From Octopus vulgaris (lineage: Eukaryota): a DNA stretch of 64,000 bases. The DNA is taken from contig OX597825.1 in NCBI GenBank assembly GCA_951406725.2, positions 76,198,001 through 76,262,000 of the forward strand. The letters are read 5' to 3'. The position numbers were made by a program, and so were the translations under genes. The notes under the pieces were generated by a model. It did no database searches. It had not been told where the DNA came from and was given only the letters and a program-made list of their open reading frames with translations. Shown in pieces: positions 14,670 to 28,380 of this stretch (its first letter is position 1; the number at the start of each line of letters is the position of its first letter).

Positions 14670-15035
14670 ATCTTTTACATTTTACTTGTTCCTGTCATGA
14701 GACTGTACCCATGGGGGGGGGGGGTACCGTCTTGAAGAATTTTAATTGAACATATCGACCCCAGTATTTATTTTTTTAAAACCTGGTACTTATTCTATCG
14801 ATCTCTTTTGCTGAACTGCTAAGTTATGGGGAAGTAAACACACCAGCACTGGTTGTTAAGCAGTGGCGAGGACAGACATAAAGACACATACACGTGTGTG
14901 TGTATATATACATATATACAGAGAGAGAGAGAGAACACACACATGATGGACTTCTCTCAGTTTCCATCTACCAACTCCTCTTACAAGGCTTTAGATGGCT
15001 TGAAGCCATAGTAGAACACACTTGCCTTAGGTGCT
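14670..15035 (-). mobile_element. Diverged tRNA-derived SINE
   Basis: Homologous to 2829-3238. Confidence 0.7.
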
Positions 15036-15679
15036 GTGTTTCGATTACCACTCGCCTGGCCAAGACTTCCTACTTCCTCCACCATCACCACCCTATATAA
15101 ACTAGCACACGCACTCTGTCTCCCTTACTCGATTTCAATACCTCAGCTGAAAAATACAAATCCCAGAAGATGCTCAGATAAGAAGTTTTGTCTTTTCAAC
15201 CCCATCATCTGCTCTTCTATTTCTGTGCAGATCATAAAGCCCTTATGAATTCTTTTCATTATTCTGTCTATTTCTGTACCATGTCATCATGTAAGTATAG
15301 TTCTATAGTTTTGTCTTCCTTGTTGTTGCCTTAGTTCACGCATTTTCTTAACTGCAATATATTCATTCATTCATCTATTAAAGTTTATCACACAGTAATT
15401 TTCCTTAATACCTCCACCGAACGAATACGTATCCAGGAGATGCTCTCGTCGAAATTTGCTAGTTGGCAGTAGACCCACCTTCCTACCCTCTCCACCTGTA
15501 CCGGAAGTCCCTATTTTTTGTCATCCTTTGGTTGCCTCCCATGAACACTACTATGTAGGGTAGTGATCATACAGTGCAAAAATATGATAGTGTAGTGTAC
15601 GCAGGTTGAACTTAAGGCTATTGTTTGTTTATAAATTCTGCCAAATGTGAGCTCTCTTTTCAAATACATGACGCTACTG

Positions 15680-18600
15680 TCCCCTGTCACAGGGTCTCAA
15701 GGGCCCATACCTCCCACACGCTCAGGGTTGGCACTCTCAACGTCAGCACACTAAAAGGTAGGTCTGGTGAGATTTTTGAGATGCTTGAACGGAGATGTGT
15801 CAATATGTGCTGCATCCAAGAAGTAAGGTGGAGAGGAGGTTCCGCTAGGCCCCTTACAGGCAAAAAACACAGGCACAAGATTTTCTGGGCAGGGAACACT
15901 GACAGGATGGGAGCGTGGGTATACTTCTTGCAGAGAAATGGGTAGATAAGGTAATTGAGGTAGTCAGAGTATGCGACAGAATACTTAAGATTAGATTACT
16001 GCTTCATCATGGGTTAGCAGCCCTTACCTCGGCCTATGCCCCTCGGCCTGGGCTACCCGATGGACAGAAAGACCGATTCTATGTCACCCTCTTGCAGACT
16101 ACCGCGTTGACAAATGACAGGGACCTTCTCTTTGTGGCTGGTGACTTCAATGGAGATGTTGGACAACACACCGGGAGGCTTCCATGGCGTACATGGAGGC
16201 TACAGTTTTGGTTCCCACAATGAGGAGGGAATCAGGCTGCTGGAGTTCTGTGATACAAATGATGTTATGGTTTGCAATACTAACTTCAGAAAACCTGCCA
16301 GTCACCTACTGTTCTGGCAGACACACAAGCCAAATTAACTACATCCTGACCAAAAAAAGGGAAAGATGACTGCTTATAAATGCAAAAACCTTCCCAGGTG
16401 AAGAATGTACCCCACAACATAGACTGGTAGTTAGTGACTTCAGGATCAGGGCTAAGTGGAAGCCCAGAAGACAACCAGCATGGATGAGAAGGGTCTGGAA
16501 GCTTACAGATCCTGCAAATGGACAGAGATTTAGAGACATATTACTCAAAGCCTTTGACGAAATAGAAGGGGATATAGCTTCACATAATGTAGAAGACAAC
16601 TAGAGGTTTCTACGGGACATCCTGCTGAGGGCCACTGACCAGATTTGTGGATGGTGTAAAGACCCCCTCAACCCAAAATAACATAGTGGTAGAACAATGT
16701 TGTTGACAAGGCTATTAGAGAAAAGAAACAGGCTTGGAAGGACTGGAAGAATGGTGATAGCAGGGAATTGTATCAGACTGCCAGAAGGAAAGCTAGGAGA
16801 CAGGTCTATCTAGCCAGAGGGGAAGCAGATAAGAAAAAATTTGCCAATGTCCTGTGCCATGAGGATCAAAGACTTGAGGTATTTCGTGTTGTAAGACAGT
16901 ATCTGAGAGAGAATCGTGATGTTGAGGGAGAGAAATGTGTTTGCATGAATGATGGTTCACTTGCACTAAACAAGGCTGCAAAGAGAGATGTTTGGAGACG
17001 CCACTATGAAAGCTTGCTGAATAAAGAAAATGAATGGGAGAAAGAGAGTCTGCTGAATGTCAACCCTACAGAGGTACCACCTATCCAAGTTGACAGTACC
17101 TTGGTAGATAAAGCAATTAAGAGTATGAAGACAGGGAAAGCCCCCATCAGGAATCACTGCAGAGATACTCAAAATATCTGGCAGATTCAGCTACAGCCTA
17201 GTCACCCATATAGTTAACCAGGTGATACACGAAGGAGTCATACACAATGACTAGTGTAGCAGCACTATAGTCAACTGCTACAAAGGAAAAGATGATGCCC
17301 TAGATACAAATAATTACAGAGGTATCAAGTTGTTGGATCAGGTAATGAAGATCATGGAGAGGGTCATAGCCCAACTAATTAGGGAGAGAGTCAGTTTGGA
17401 TGCGATGCAGTTTGGTTTCGTGCCAGGGTAAAGCACCACTGATGCTATATTTCTGGCCAGACAGCTGCAGAAGAAATACCTAGCCAAAGATAAACCTCTG
17501 TACCTGGCTTTTGTTGACATGGAGAAAGCCTTTGACAGGGTCCCTCGATCCCTTATCTGGTGGTCAATGAGGAAACTAGGGATAGATGAATGGTTAGTGA
17601 GAGCTATGCAAGCCATGTACAGGGACGCTGTCAGTAAGGTGAGGGTTGGCAATGAGTACAGTGAAGAATTCTGGGTAGGGGTAGGGGTCCACCAAGGTTC
17701 AGTCCTCAGCCCCTTCCTATTTATCGTAGTCCTCCAGGCAATAACAAAGGAATTCAAGACAGGATGTCCCTGGGAGCTCCTCTATGCTGATGACCTTGCT
17801 CTAAATACTGAGTCACTATCAGAACTAGAGGAGAAGTTTCAGGTGTGGAAACAAGGATTAGAATCGAAGGGCCTTAGAGTCAACCTAGCTAAAACCAAAG
17901 TCCTAATAAGTAGGCAGGTAGACAAACCACAAATCCCTTCAGGTAGATGGCCCTGCTCGATCTGTAGAAAAGGCGTAGGTAGAAATTCTATAAGATGTAC
18001 CCATAAGAGGTGCAGCAATATCAAGGAAGGCTAACTGGGAAGATAGTTTTTGTATGTGGCAGATGCTTAGGAGCAATAAACACTGAAAATGTGCAGAGAA
18101 CAACCTCTGCCACATTCTAGGGAGAAAAACTAGAAGCAGTTGATAGCTTCCATTACCTAGGTGACCAAGTCAGTAGCGGGGGAGGGTGCACTGAAAGTGT
18201 AACAGCTAAAATAAGAATAGCCTGAGCAAAGTTCAGACAAAGGGCTGGTGGCAAAGGGCCTCTTGCCCAGAGTAAAAGGTAGACTGTATGACGCATGTGT
18301 ACAAACAGCCATGCTACATAGCAGTGAAACATGGGCGGTGACTGCTGAGGACATGTGTAAGCTTGCAAGAAATGAAGCCAGTATGCTCCGCTGGATGTGT
18401 ATTGTCAGTGTGCATACATGACAGAGTGTAAGTACCTTGAGAGAAAAGTTGGACCTAAGAAGCATCAGATGTAGTGTGCAAGAGAGACAACTGTGCTGAT
18501 ATGGTCATGTGGATAGCTGTGTGAAAAAGTGCCACATCCTAGCAGTTGAGGCAACCTGTGGAAGAGGTAGACCCAGGAAGACCTGGGATGAGGTGGTGGA

Positions 18601-19278
18601 GCACGACCTTCGAACATTAGGCCTCACCAAGGCAATGATTAGTGACCGAGACTTTTGGAAATATGCTGTGCTTGAGAAGACTCGGCAAGCCAAATGACAC
18701 GATAACCTTGTGGCCTATGGCAGGGGTGTAACCATCCCACGTATGCATACCTTTCCTTCATTGGACACTAAACTCTGCTTGCAAAGACCTATTGAAGCAA
18801 GTGAAATCGAAATCAAATTCAATGACTGAAGAGCACCATCCGAGCGTGATCGTTGCCAGAGCAGCCAACTGGATTCTGTGCCAGTGGCACGTAAAAAGCA
18901 CCATTCGAGTGTGATTGTTACCAGTGGCACCTTACTGGCACTTGTACCTGTGGCACATGAAAAAACATTCGAGCGAGGTTGTTGCCAATGCCGCTGGGCT
19001 GGCTCCTGTGCAGGTGGCGCTTAAAAAAACACCATTTGAGCATGGCTATTGCCAGTAACATCTCAGAGTGGTTGACATTAGGAAGGACATCCAGCTGTAG
19101 AAACTCTGCCTGCTTAAGATTGGAGCCTGGTGCAGCCATCTGGTTCACCAGTCCTCAGTCAAGCAGTCCAACTCATGTCAGCTCACAAAACAGTCATTCA
19201 ATGATGTTTATGTTGATGATGATGATGATTTCTAACATGCTAACATGGAAAGCAGATGTTAAACGATGATGATGATGA

Positions 19279-19281
<3 letters not shown>
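15680..19281 (+). mobile_element. Near full-length RTE-clade LINE (APE + RT), inactivated by stops/frameshifts, 3' UTR ending (GAT)n
   Basis: APE motifs VGTLNV, CIQEVRW, GDFNG; RT motifs DMEKAFD, HQGSVLSP, LLYADD; RGRPRKTW near the C-terminus. Confidence 0.95.
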
Positions 19282-19319
<38 letters not shown>

Positions 19320-19355
19320 CACATACATACATACATACATACATACATACATAAA

Positions 19356-19389
<34 letters not shown>

Positions 19390-19392
19390 TAT

Positions 19393-19700
19393 TTCGGAAT
19401 GGTCATATTGCCAGTTTAGCCAATAAAAACACACGCACTATATATTTGGTGTTATTATGCTTCAGTGATATTTATTTTTTACATTAATCTTAATCTTATT
19501 TCGGCCAAAGTTCTTTCGTCACACTCCTGTGACCGCATCAGTGGTCCTTTGTTTTCTTCTCACATATTTGTGTCTCTCCTTACTAACCGTCAGCCATTTT
19601 GTATTTTTCACTCGGTGATGTCCTGTACTTAATGTGTATTTTTTATTCATTCATAATCGAACACCATGCAGCCTTGTCCCCAGTAAGTTCTTACATTTAT
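19393..19700 (-). mobile_element. Penelope pLTR-derived mini-element in (TA)n with variant hammerhead core
   Basis: Minus strand CTGATGC-ggtcac...gtgac-GAAA; shares modules with 30220-30390 and 48310-48545. Confidence 0.5.
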
Positions 19701-21055
19701 ATATATATATAACCCTTTTGATACCAATCCTGCCTAAGACTAATCCTGGTTCTATGATACAAACTCCTTATTTTCAATTGAACTAAGTTTACTTCTCACT
19801 TTAGAATTTTGCATGTTAATTTGTACTTCAAACATTAGTTCAATAATGGCTAAATTTATTTTATTAAATTATTTTAATTATTTTCAAAATTAATTGAAAC
19901 AAAGACAATGTATTACAACAGAAATCATCATCATCATCATCATCAACATAAACATCATTGAATGACTGTTTTGTGAGCTGACATGAGTTGGACTGCTTGA
20001 CAGAGGCAAGGTAAAATGATACAGTATCATGCTTCTATGTCTGGTTCGATATGATTCCTATGGCTGTATGTCCCCCCTAACACCAGTTCCCAGACACCAA
20101 CCACCAACAATATCGTAAGAGAAAGATTAACTTCAGTAAAACACAAAACCCAATATTTGTAGATGCTGTCCTACTGTGGTTTGAATTTACATCATTTTGT
20201 CACTATAAATTATTCACTAACTTCAGAGAAGAGAAAATGGAAACTTGAGATCAATATGTTAGGCTGATATTAAATAGACAAAAAAATTAAAAATCAATGA
20301 ACAAGCAAGCTTTAAAGGGAAATATCTCTAAAACACATAAAACTATCAAGTTTAAGGTGTAACAAAACTTTGTTTTATCAATTTAGCTCATTACTTCTTT
20401 AAAAGGAATTAACATTTTATGAAAACTGATGCCATTGCCTAGAGGTTTTCAATGGGCTACTTCCTGGTCCGGGTTACTAAATTTCCAATGACAAAAATAA
20501 ACTACGATAAAGGAATGACACACGAACATGTTTGCATGTGCGCACATTTACACAGACCCCCCACACACACACACACAAGCTCACACTTGCATGTGTGTGT
20601 GCGTGTAATTGTAGAAGTATAAGTGACATAAAGTACTTTAGTTTGAAGGCAAGCAAGTTTATGTGTCTATTAGCAATTTTCTCTTGATATGAATATCATT
20701 TATCTATGCACATATTGAAATGTATATCAAGAACTAAATTTTATACACACACACACACACACATATATATATAAATATAAACACTGCCAGATCAGACTGG
20801 AGCCTGGTGCAGCCTTCTGGCTTCCCAGATCCCCGGTCGAACCGTCCAACCCATGCTAGCATGGAGAACGGACGTTAAACGATGATGATAATGATGATGA
20901 TGATACGCATACACTACCATTCAAAAGTTTAAGATCACCTACAAAAATTTGTTTCAAATTGGAATTTTTAGTTGATTGTCAACGATTTAGATAATTTTGG
21001 GGTATAAACAATACAGAATAGCATAAAGTTTGGGGTTTATTCGATATGGAATAAT

Positions 21056-22745
21056 ACATCATCATCATTTAACATTTGCTTTCCATGCTGGCATCAGTTA
21101 GATGGTTTGACTGAGGACTGGCAAGCCAGGAGGCTGCATCAAGCTCCAATCGGATCTGGCAAGGTTTCTACAGCTGGATGCCCTTTCTAACGCCAATCAC
21201 TCTGAGAGTGTAGTGGGTGCTTTTTATGCGCCACCTGCACAGGACTAGTCAGGTGGCACTGGCAACAATCATGCTCGAATGGCTCATAAAATGGTACTGA
21301 CATTGGCCATGGCAATGATTTCACTTGACTCAACAGGTCTTCTTAAGCATAGCATATTGCCCAATTGAAGGGTACTCTTAAATGGGCTGGTTATTCCACA
21401 CTAGCATATGCTACGATTATGGTCTCACTTGGCTTGCTGAGTTTTCTCAGGCATAGCATATCTCCAAAGGCCTTGATTGCCTGTCATTGCCTCTGTAAGG
21501 CCCAACGTTTGAAGGTTGTGCTTCACCACCTCATCCCAGGTCTTCCTGGGCTACCTCTTCCACTGTTAGGAAGTGACACTTCTTCACACAACTGTCCTCA
21601 TCCATACGTAACACATGAGCATACCAGTGCAGTTGGCACTCTTGCACACCACATCAGATGCTTCTTATGTCCAACTTTTCTCTCAGGGTGTTTACAGTCT
21701 GTCATATATGCACACTAACCTTACATATCCAGTAGAGCATACTAGCTTCATTTCTTGCAAGTCTACACATGTGTTAACAGTCACAGCCCATGATTCACTG
21801 CCATGTAGCATGGCTGTTCACACACATGCATCATACTGTCTACCTTTCACTCTGATCGAGAGGCCCTTTGTTACCAACATCGGTAGGAGCACCCTAAACT
21901 TTGCCCAGGTTATTCTTATTCGAGCAGCTACACTCTCAGTGTATCCACCCCCATTACTAACTTGGTCACCTAGGTAATGGAAGCTATCAACTACTTCTAG
22001 TTTTTCTCCCTTGAAAGTGACGGAAGTTGTTCTCTGCACATTTTCAGTGTTTATTGCTCCTGAGCATCTGCCACATACAAAAACTATCTTCCCAGTTAGC
22101 CTTCTGCAGGAGAAATACCTAGCCAAAGATAAACCTCTGTACCTAGCTTTCGTTGACATGGAGAAAGCCTTTGACAGGGTCCTCTGATCCCTTATCTGGT
22201 GGTCAATGAGGAAGCTAGAGATAGTTGAATGGTTAGTGAGAGCTGTGCAAGCCATGTACAGGGACGCTGTCAGTGAGGTGAGGGTTGGCAACGAGTACAG
22301 TGAAGAATTCCGGGTAGAGGTAGGGATCCACCAAGAATCAGTCCCCAGGCCCCTCCTATTTATCGTAGTCCTACAGGCAATAACAGAGGAATTCAAGACA
22401 GGATGCCTCTTGGAGCTTCTCTATGCTGACGATCTTGCTCTAATTGCTGAGTCACTATTAGAACTAGAGGAGAAGTTTCAGGTGTGGAAACAAGGATTAG
22501 AATTGAAGGGCCTTAGAGTCAACCTAGCTAAAACCAAAGTCTTAATAAGTAGGAAGGCAGGCAAACCACAAATCCCTTCAGGTAGATGGCCCTGTTCGAT
22601 CTGTAGAAAAGGCATAGGTAGAAACTCTATAAGATGTACCCAGTGTAAGCTATGAACACATAAGAGGTGCAGCAATATCAAAAGAAGGCTAACTGGGAAG
22701 ATAGGTTTTTGTATGTGGCAGATGCTCAGGAGTAATAAACACTGT
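21056..22745 (-). mobile_element. RTE LINE with inverted 5' segment (minus 21056-22103, plus 22104-22745)
   Basis: Both arms match the LINE at 17460-19280; orientation switch at ~22103. Confidence 0.9.
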
Positions 22746-23100
22746 GCCAAGAAAATGAGGAGGACTTTTTCGGCAAACTTATTACATAGGATGAAATATG
22801 GCTCCATCACTATGATCCCGAGACTAAAATCCAGTTACAGCAATGGAAGCATTGATAAATCACCACCTCCAAAGAAGGCTCGTATTCGGTCCTTAGTAAG
22901 CAAGGTGATGCTCACAGTCTTTTTGGACCAGTTCGGAATAGTGATGATGGATTTTCTGGCAAAGGGCACCACAATCATTGGGGAATATTATGTTTCTCTG
23001 CTGTAGAAATTGTGGGATGCCATGAAAGAAGAGAGACGTGGCATGCTGACCAAAGGAGTCCACCTCCCCCATGATAACGCCCCAGTACGTTGCTCCATAG
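22746..23100 (+). mobile_element. mariner DDD-domain fragment
   Basis: DEIWLHHYDPETK, KVMLTVF, HDNAP motifs. Confidence 0.8.
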
Positions 23101-23909
23101 GAACATGTTCTTTGGTAAACTGCATTCGATTTAAAACAGAGCTGGGCGTTGTCCACTGGTTTCATTATTCTGATTGGACAATGACTTGGGGAGCATGTAT
23201 CTGGTGTGTCATGGGTCTTATTGTTGTTGTTGTTATCGCATGAGAGATAGTCTTTGAGTGAGTGACTCTGTCTCATTATTCTAACAATGAGGTCAGATCT
23301 TCTGATACTGTCTTTTAATTTATTTCCTATTGATTCTTGTGATATGAGAATTCAATGTAGACCTGGTGTTTGGTCTTCTCCACTTCTTCCTTCTGTTGCT
23401 CTTCTCTCTGTATATATTGCTAAGTTTTCCACTTCTTTTGCCATTTGAGGCTAAAGTCTCAACAGTGCCAGTACAATCACTGCTATTGCTGCCACTGTTG
23501 TGGTTATTGCTGTTGTTGTTGTGGTTCTTGATGACACCAACTCGACCTCTGTTCTTGGCACTAGCTCTGCTTCTATACATTAATATAGTTTCAGGATTTG
23601 TTGGTTCGTGACCCTTCACACTGTAATATTAACTCTTTGTTGTGGATTTCTGCTGCTCTGTTTGGCCTCATAGGTGGGCTCCTCATGACATGCACATGCT
23701 TGTGTTCTTGGCATGTCACTCTCTGAAACGTTGCTTGTATCCCATTAGACACATTATCTTACTGAAATCCATGTGTACTGAGTTTCCTATTTGGCCGCAC
23801 ACCTGCTTAGGTGGTGGTTGAGTTTGGTAATGGTCATGTTGTATATGCATGTATATGTGTGTATATTTATTTATATATATATATATTTATATATGTGTGA
23901 GGGAGGGGG

Positions 23910-24195
23910 TCTGGTATTTATTCTATCAGTCTCTTTTGCCAAATTGCTAAGTCATGGTAAGTAATGGTGACGTAAACAAACCAATGTCATTTGTCAGGCA
24001 GTGGTAGGAAATAAACACAAACATGAAGACACACACACACAAACACACACACATATATACAATAGCCCTCTTTTAGTTTTCGTCTACCAAATCTAGTCAC
24101 AATCTTATGCTAAACTAGAAGACGGTTACACAATGTACCATGCAGGAATCATATGGTTGGGAAGGAAGCCTCTGACCACACAGATATGCTTGCGC
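23910..24195 (-). mobile_element. Diverged tRNA-derived SINE
   Basis: Homologous to 2829-3238. Confidence 0.6.
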
Positions 24196-24237
<42 letters not shown>

Positions 24238-24699
24238 CTTTGTATCTTTGTGGTTGTTCCCTCACCACATAACGACTAGTGCTGGTTTGTTAATGCCTCT
24301 GCTGTTCAGTGAAATATACTGATAGAATAAATATCATACTAAAAAGAAACCTAAGTACAAAGGTCGATTTGTTCGACTGTACTTTTCAAGAAGGTGCTCC
24401 ATCAAGGACGCAGCCAGCTGAATGTAACAAGTAAAAGGAGACGAAACGAATCCAAGATTTTATATATAAAGTTAATTAAAAATTGTAATGATGGAGGTGG
24501 TGGTTGTGACGGTGGTAAAAATCGTTTCAAATTTTATGAAATTTACCTAAGGGACGTGTCTCTTAAATACGTTAGAAGTTCATTTTCTAATTAAGCACTA
24601 TAAAATTTGAATAAGGTGATCTTATAATTAGTGTACAACATATCTAACATTGCTCAATACAAACTTACACCAGCAGAAGTGTACCTTGCTCATTATTCG

Positions 24700-24890
24700 T
24701 CAAACGACTAAGCGTTAGAAAGCCGGGCGAAATGCTTAGCGGTATTTCGACTGCCGCTACGTTCTGAGTTCATATTCCACCGAGGTCGACTTTGCTTTTC
24801 ATCCTTTTGGAGTCGATAAATCAAGTACCAGTAATCAACTGGTCCCCTCTCCGCAAAATCCAGGCCTTGTGCCTTATAATAGGATTATTC
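24700..24890 (+). mobile_element. Second SINE family (tRNA-like head)
   Basis: Homologous to 44290-44520 on the opposite strand. Confidence 0.65.
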
Positions 24891-24899
24891 TTTAAACAA

Positions 24900-25300
24900 C
24901 TCTAATTGAGATTCATACGACAAGCGAGGTCACTCTGCATGACACGATGATAGTAAGGGTTAGCTCCCCTGCTGAGACTGTCAACCCTCGTAGTGCGAAC
25001 TCATCTTACGATTTACTCGCTTTACTAATTAATTATCCCCCATTGAAATTAACTAGAATATAATTAATCCATTCCAGCCCAACAAAACCACTGAAAAATA
25101 ATTTGTTATGGGTTTTAAAACAGAAAAAGTGTAGTACAAGTAAAATGACAATTATAAAAAAGAGAATGCAAAAGAAATAATGTAAACTAGTTTTATTAAC
25201 TGAATTACGTTACAGATGAGGGACGATTTGTGCGCTCGTACTGCGGATGTTCGCTCGTACTGCGGATGTTCGCTCGTACTACAAATAATCGCACGCGTCT
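24900..25300 (-). promoter_or_regulatory. CpG-enriched putative promoter/first exon
   Basis: Locally many CpGs in a CpG-poor background; 20-nt tandem cgctcgtactgcggatgtt at ~25235-25280; possible donor C|gtatga at 24919. Confidence 0.35.
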
Positions 25301-25329
25301 CTTATAATTCTCTTATATTCTAATTCCAT

Positions 25330-26700
25330 CTAAAGGCTACAATAGGCGGCTGAGGAAATATCTGTTTGGAACAAAGATATTTTTCCACCACATGCTGGTA
25401 ACTTTCATGCAACACTTTTGAAATGCCAGTGAAATTTTGGTGCCAGTTAATCACTAAAGGAATTCTGTCATCTATTGTATTGTGTTTGGTAAAATTTTGT
25501 GTGAAGGTTTGACTATCTTTGCTAATCTTAGCTATTTCACTTGCTATTTCCTTTAATCATGATTCACTGTGACAGCGTTTGACATAATGATGTACAAAAG
25601 CATTTGCATGTTTCCAGTAATCCTCTTTGTCAGTAAAAATCCGTTTTATCCTCAAAAATTGGGATTTCAGATTTAACCAAATAATATGATATGGATGATC
25701 AGACTGGTGGTGGAGGTAAATGTGAGATGATGTGGGCTTGCAAAATAACTCTGTCACTATTCTGTCTCCAGAAAACTTAACTTTTGTGTCCAAAAATTCA
25801 ACGCCAGTTTTTGAAGAACTAGACGTAAATTTTAAGTTGGACTTAAAGCCATAGTTTTTAGCATAACAGTCAAAGAAATGCAAGAAGTCCATTAAACTAT
25901 CCTGTGATCCTTCCCAGACAAAAAAGATGTCATCAATGAACCGTAACTAGAGTATTGGTTCATGACCATGAAAGGATTTAAATGTCTGCAGTAAGTGAGT
26001 CTTGAATTTCATCATGAAGACATTAGTGAAATTAACTGCCATGGGAGTACCCATGGTGCAACCCCTCACCTGGTGAAAATCTTTGTCTAAACTTCATTGT
26101 TTGTAACACAAACCTCAATAATCTATCGAGAAAATTTGATGGAATACTTTGTTTGAGTGCTTTTCAAAGGCATCCATGCATGCTTCTACTCCTTCATCAT
26201 GGTCAATATTGGGATATAAGGAAGAAACATCCATGGTTACCAAAAAACAGTTCTCAACATGGCCTCAGTGTTTAAAAAAGTTGTTGATTTTAGACACAAA
26301 ATCAAAAGTATCTTGAATATTGGATGCTTGATCTTTTTGCAGCAGGGAGTAGAAAGTCATCTGGCCATTCCGAAATCTTGGTTGTACAACATTCATATCT
26401 GTTGCAAATTGGGTGCATTGGGAGGAAATCTTTTGAACTTTTTCTGTATTTTAGGGAGACCATAAAATACAGGTGTTCTTCTTTCTGACTGTAAAATCCT
26501 GGAATAGTTTATTAAGGAAATTGTTTTCCTCCATTTCCAGAATTATTTTGTCAAGTTCCTCTTTGTAGTTGGGCTTTGGATAGACAGGTGATTCTTCATA
26601 TGAAGTTTTTTCATTTAAAACTTCTTCAGAAGCCGAAATATACTCACTATTGTCCATAATTATGATAGTGTCTCCGTTATCCGCCATTTTAATAACAATA
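25330..26700 (-). mobile_element. Penelope-like element RT/thumb remnant
   Basis: VTMDVSSLYPNI, GCTMGTPMA, RFIDDIF, FLDTKV...KPTSSHIYLHHQSDHP. Confidence 0.85.
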
Positions 26701-26719
26701 GATGTCAGAGTACATAATG

Positions 26720-26920
26720 TTAGGAATTAGAAATACAAAAGATATGGAATCTTAAAAAAAGAACTGTTCTTGTTATTGTAGATGTCTAAGGTATGATAAA
26801 AAGTGATGTCAGAAACATCTAGATAAGATCCAAGGAGAACCATCTCTCAGAAAAATCTAAAAGACCATGCTGACAAGAACTGCTCACATCTTTAGAAAAA
26901 CCCTATCCATTTAAATGTGT
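26720..26920 (+). mobile_element. 3' end of RLE-type non-LTR retrotransposon
   Basis: Decayed GMIK...TRTAHIFRKTLS, similar to the C-terminus at ~27750-27885. Confidence 0.45.
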
Positions 26921-27177
26921 TGTAATTCCATGAAGATATTTCACCAACTCTCCTCCCCAAGCTTTCAGTCATATTGTAACATCTCTTAATCTTCACTCAC
27001 CCCAGCACACTTGGTGTATCTTGGCAAGTGACTGTAACAAAAATGCAGATTAAAAGTAAAGATAACAATAATAATAACCATGATAATAATAATGTGCTTT
27101 CAAGGCACACAGAGCTGTGCTCGGTATTGCAGTGAAAGCACTTTATAAAAATAAGATTACTGAATAATAAGAATAAC

Positions 27178-27221
<44 letters not shown>

Positions 27222-27225
<4 letters not shown>

Positions 27226-27989
27226 CTGAAAATAGAGTCAGAAGCACTCATATGCGCAGCTGAGGAACAAGCATTAAGGACCAATTATATGAAATGCAGA
27301 ATTGACAACACTACCGATAATGACAAATGCAGAATGTGTGGTGAGTGTGAAACAGTATGGCACATTGTTAGTGAATGCTCGAAATTGGCACAATGCAAAT
27401 ATAAACAATGCCATGACAATGATGACAAAGTGGTAAGGAGCTCTGGAAATCATGGCCTACAAAGAGCAAAGACATGGTCTGAGTAAACCCCAGAAGGAGT
27501 CACCAAAAATGAGAATTGCAAAATACTGTGGGATGTAAAGATCCAGTGCAATCACCTGACCAGACATGGGAAACCAGACATTGTTGTGGTGAAAAAATAG
27601 AAAGAACATGTATGATAATTGACATTGCATGCCCTGGTGACAGCAGGATCAATGTGAAAGAGGAAGAAAAAATAAATAACTACGACAATTTAAAGTGGGA
27701 AAAAGTAGATGATTGTGGTCAATGAAGAGAGTAGACATGATGCCAGGAGTACCTGGTGCACTTGGAACTATCAGAACTCAACTACCAGCATGGCTGAAAA
27801 AGATCGGAGCAAGCGTGAAGGTAGGAAACCTACAAAAATCAGCATTGCTTGGAACTGCGAGAATTCTTCACAGAGTTCTTCAAGCATGTGTCACCTTGGT
27901 CTGTTGGCTGTGGATGGCTAACACTTTCCATCTTACCCAGTGGAGTAGGCTGTGAGATTTCATATAATAATAGTAACTACAACAACACC

Positions 27990-27990
<1 letters not shown>
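27222..27990 (+). mobile_element. RLE-type (R4/Dong or NeSL-like) non-LTR 3' fragment flanked by (AAT)n
   Basis: CCHC knuckle CRMC...HIVSEC; KPDIVVV and IIDIACPGD nuclease motifs; LQKSALLGTARIL. Confidence 0.8.
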
Positions 27991-28078
<88 letters not shown>

Positions 28079-28136
28079 CAACAATATTAAATAGATAAAT
28101 AAAAAAAACAAAGGGAACAATTTCTTTAAGAACATT

Positions 28137-28190
28137 TTTATTTATTTAAAAATTTCTATTGAAGTTAAAAGTAGTTATTCAATATTTATT
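28137..28190 (-). terminator. Candidate polyadenylation signals (AATAAA x3) of the membrane-protein gene
   Basis: tttatt on + at 28137, 28141 and 28185, about 190-240 nt after the stop; AT-rich, so chance hits are possible. Confidence 0.4.
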
Positions 28191-28380
28191 CATTATGAAA
28201 TATAATAGTCAAATTTTCTTCCTGATGACATAACTGTCAGAAAAATAAAAATATAAATTCGAAAATTTAAAAAAAAAATAGTAAATTGTTAAATATTGAA
28301 ATTTCATCTTCTTATATATTTGATAGATTGTAAGTACAGTTGCTTGATATTGGGAGTATCAACAGGCTAAGGAGTTCTTT

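Noticed and set aside
23110-23800. Host coding exon (ORF 23320..23619 on -)
   Set aside because: Low complexity with no consistent splice partners; more likely a decayed retroelement 5' region, family not determined.
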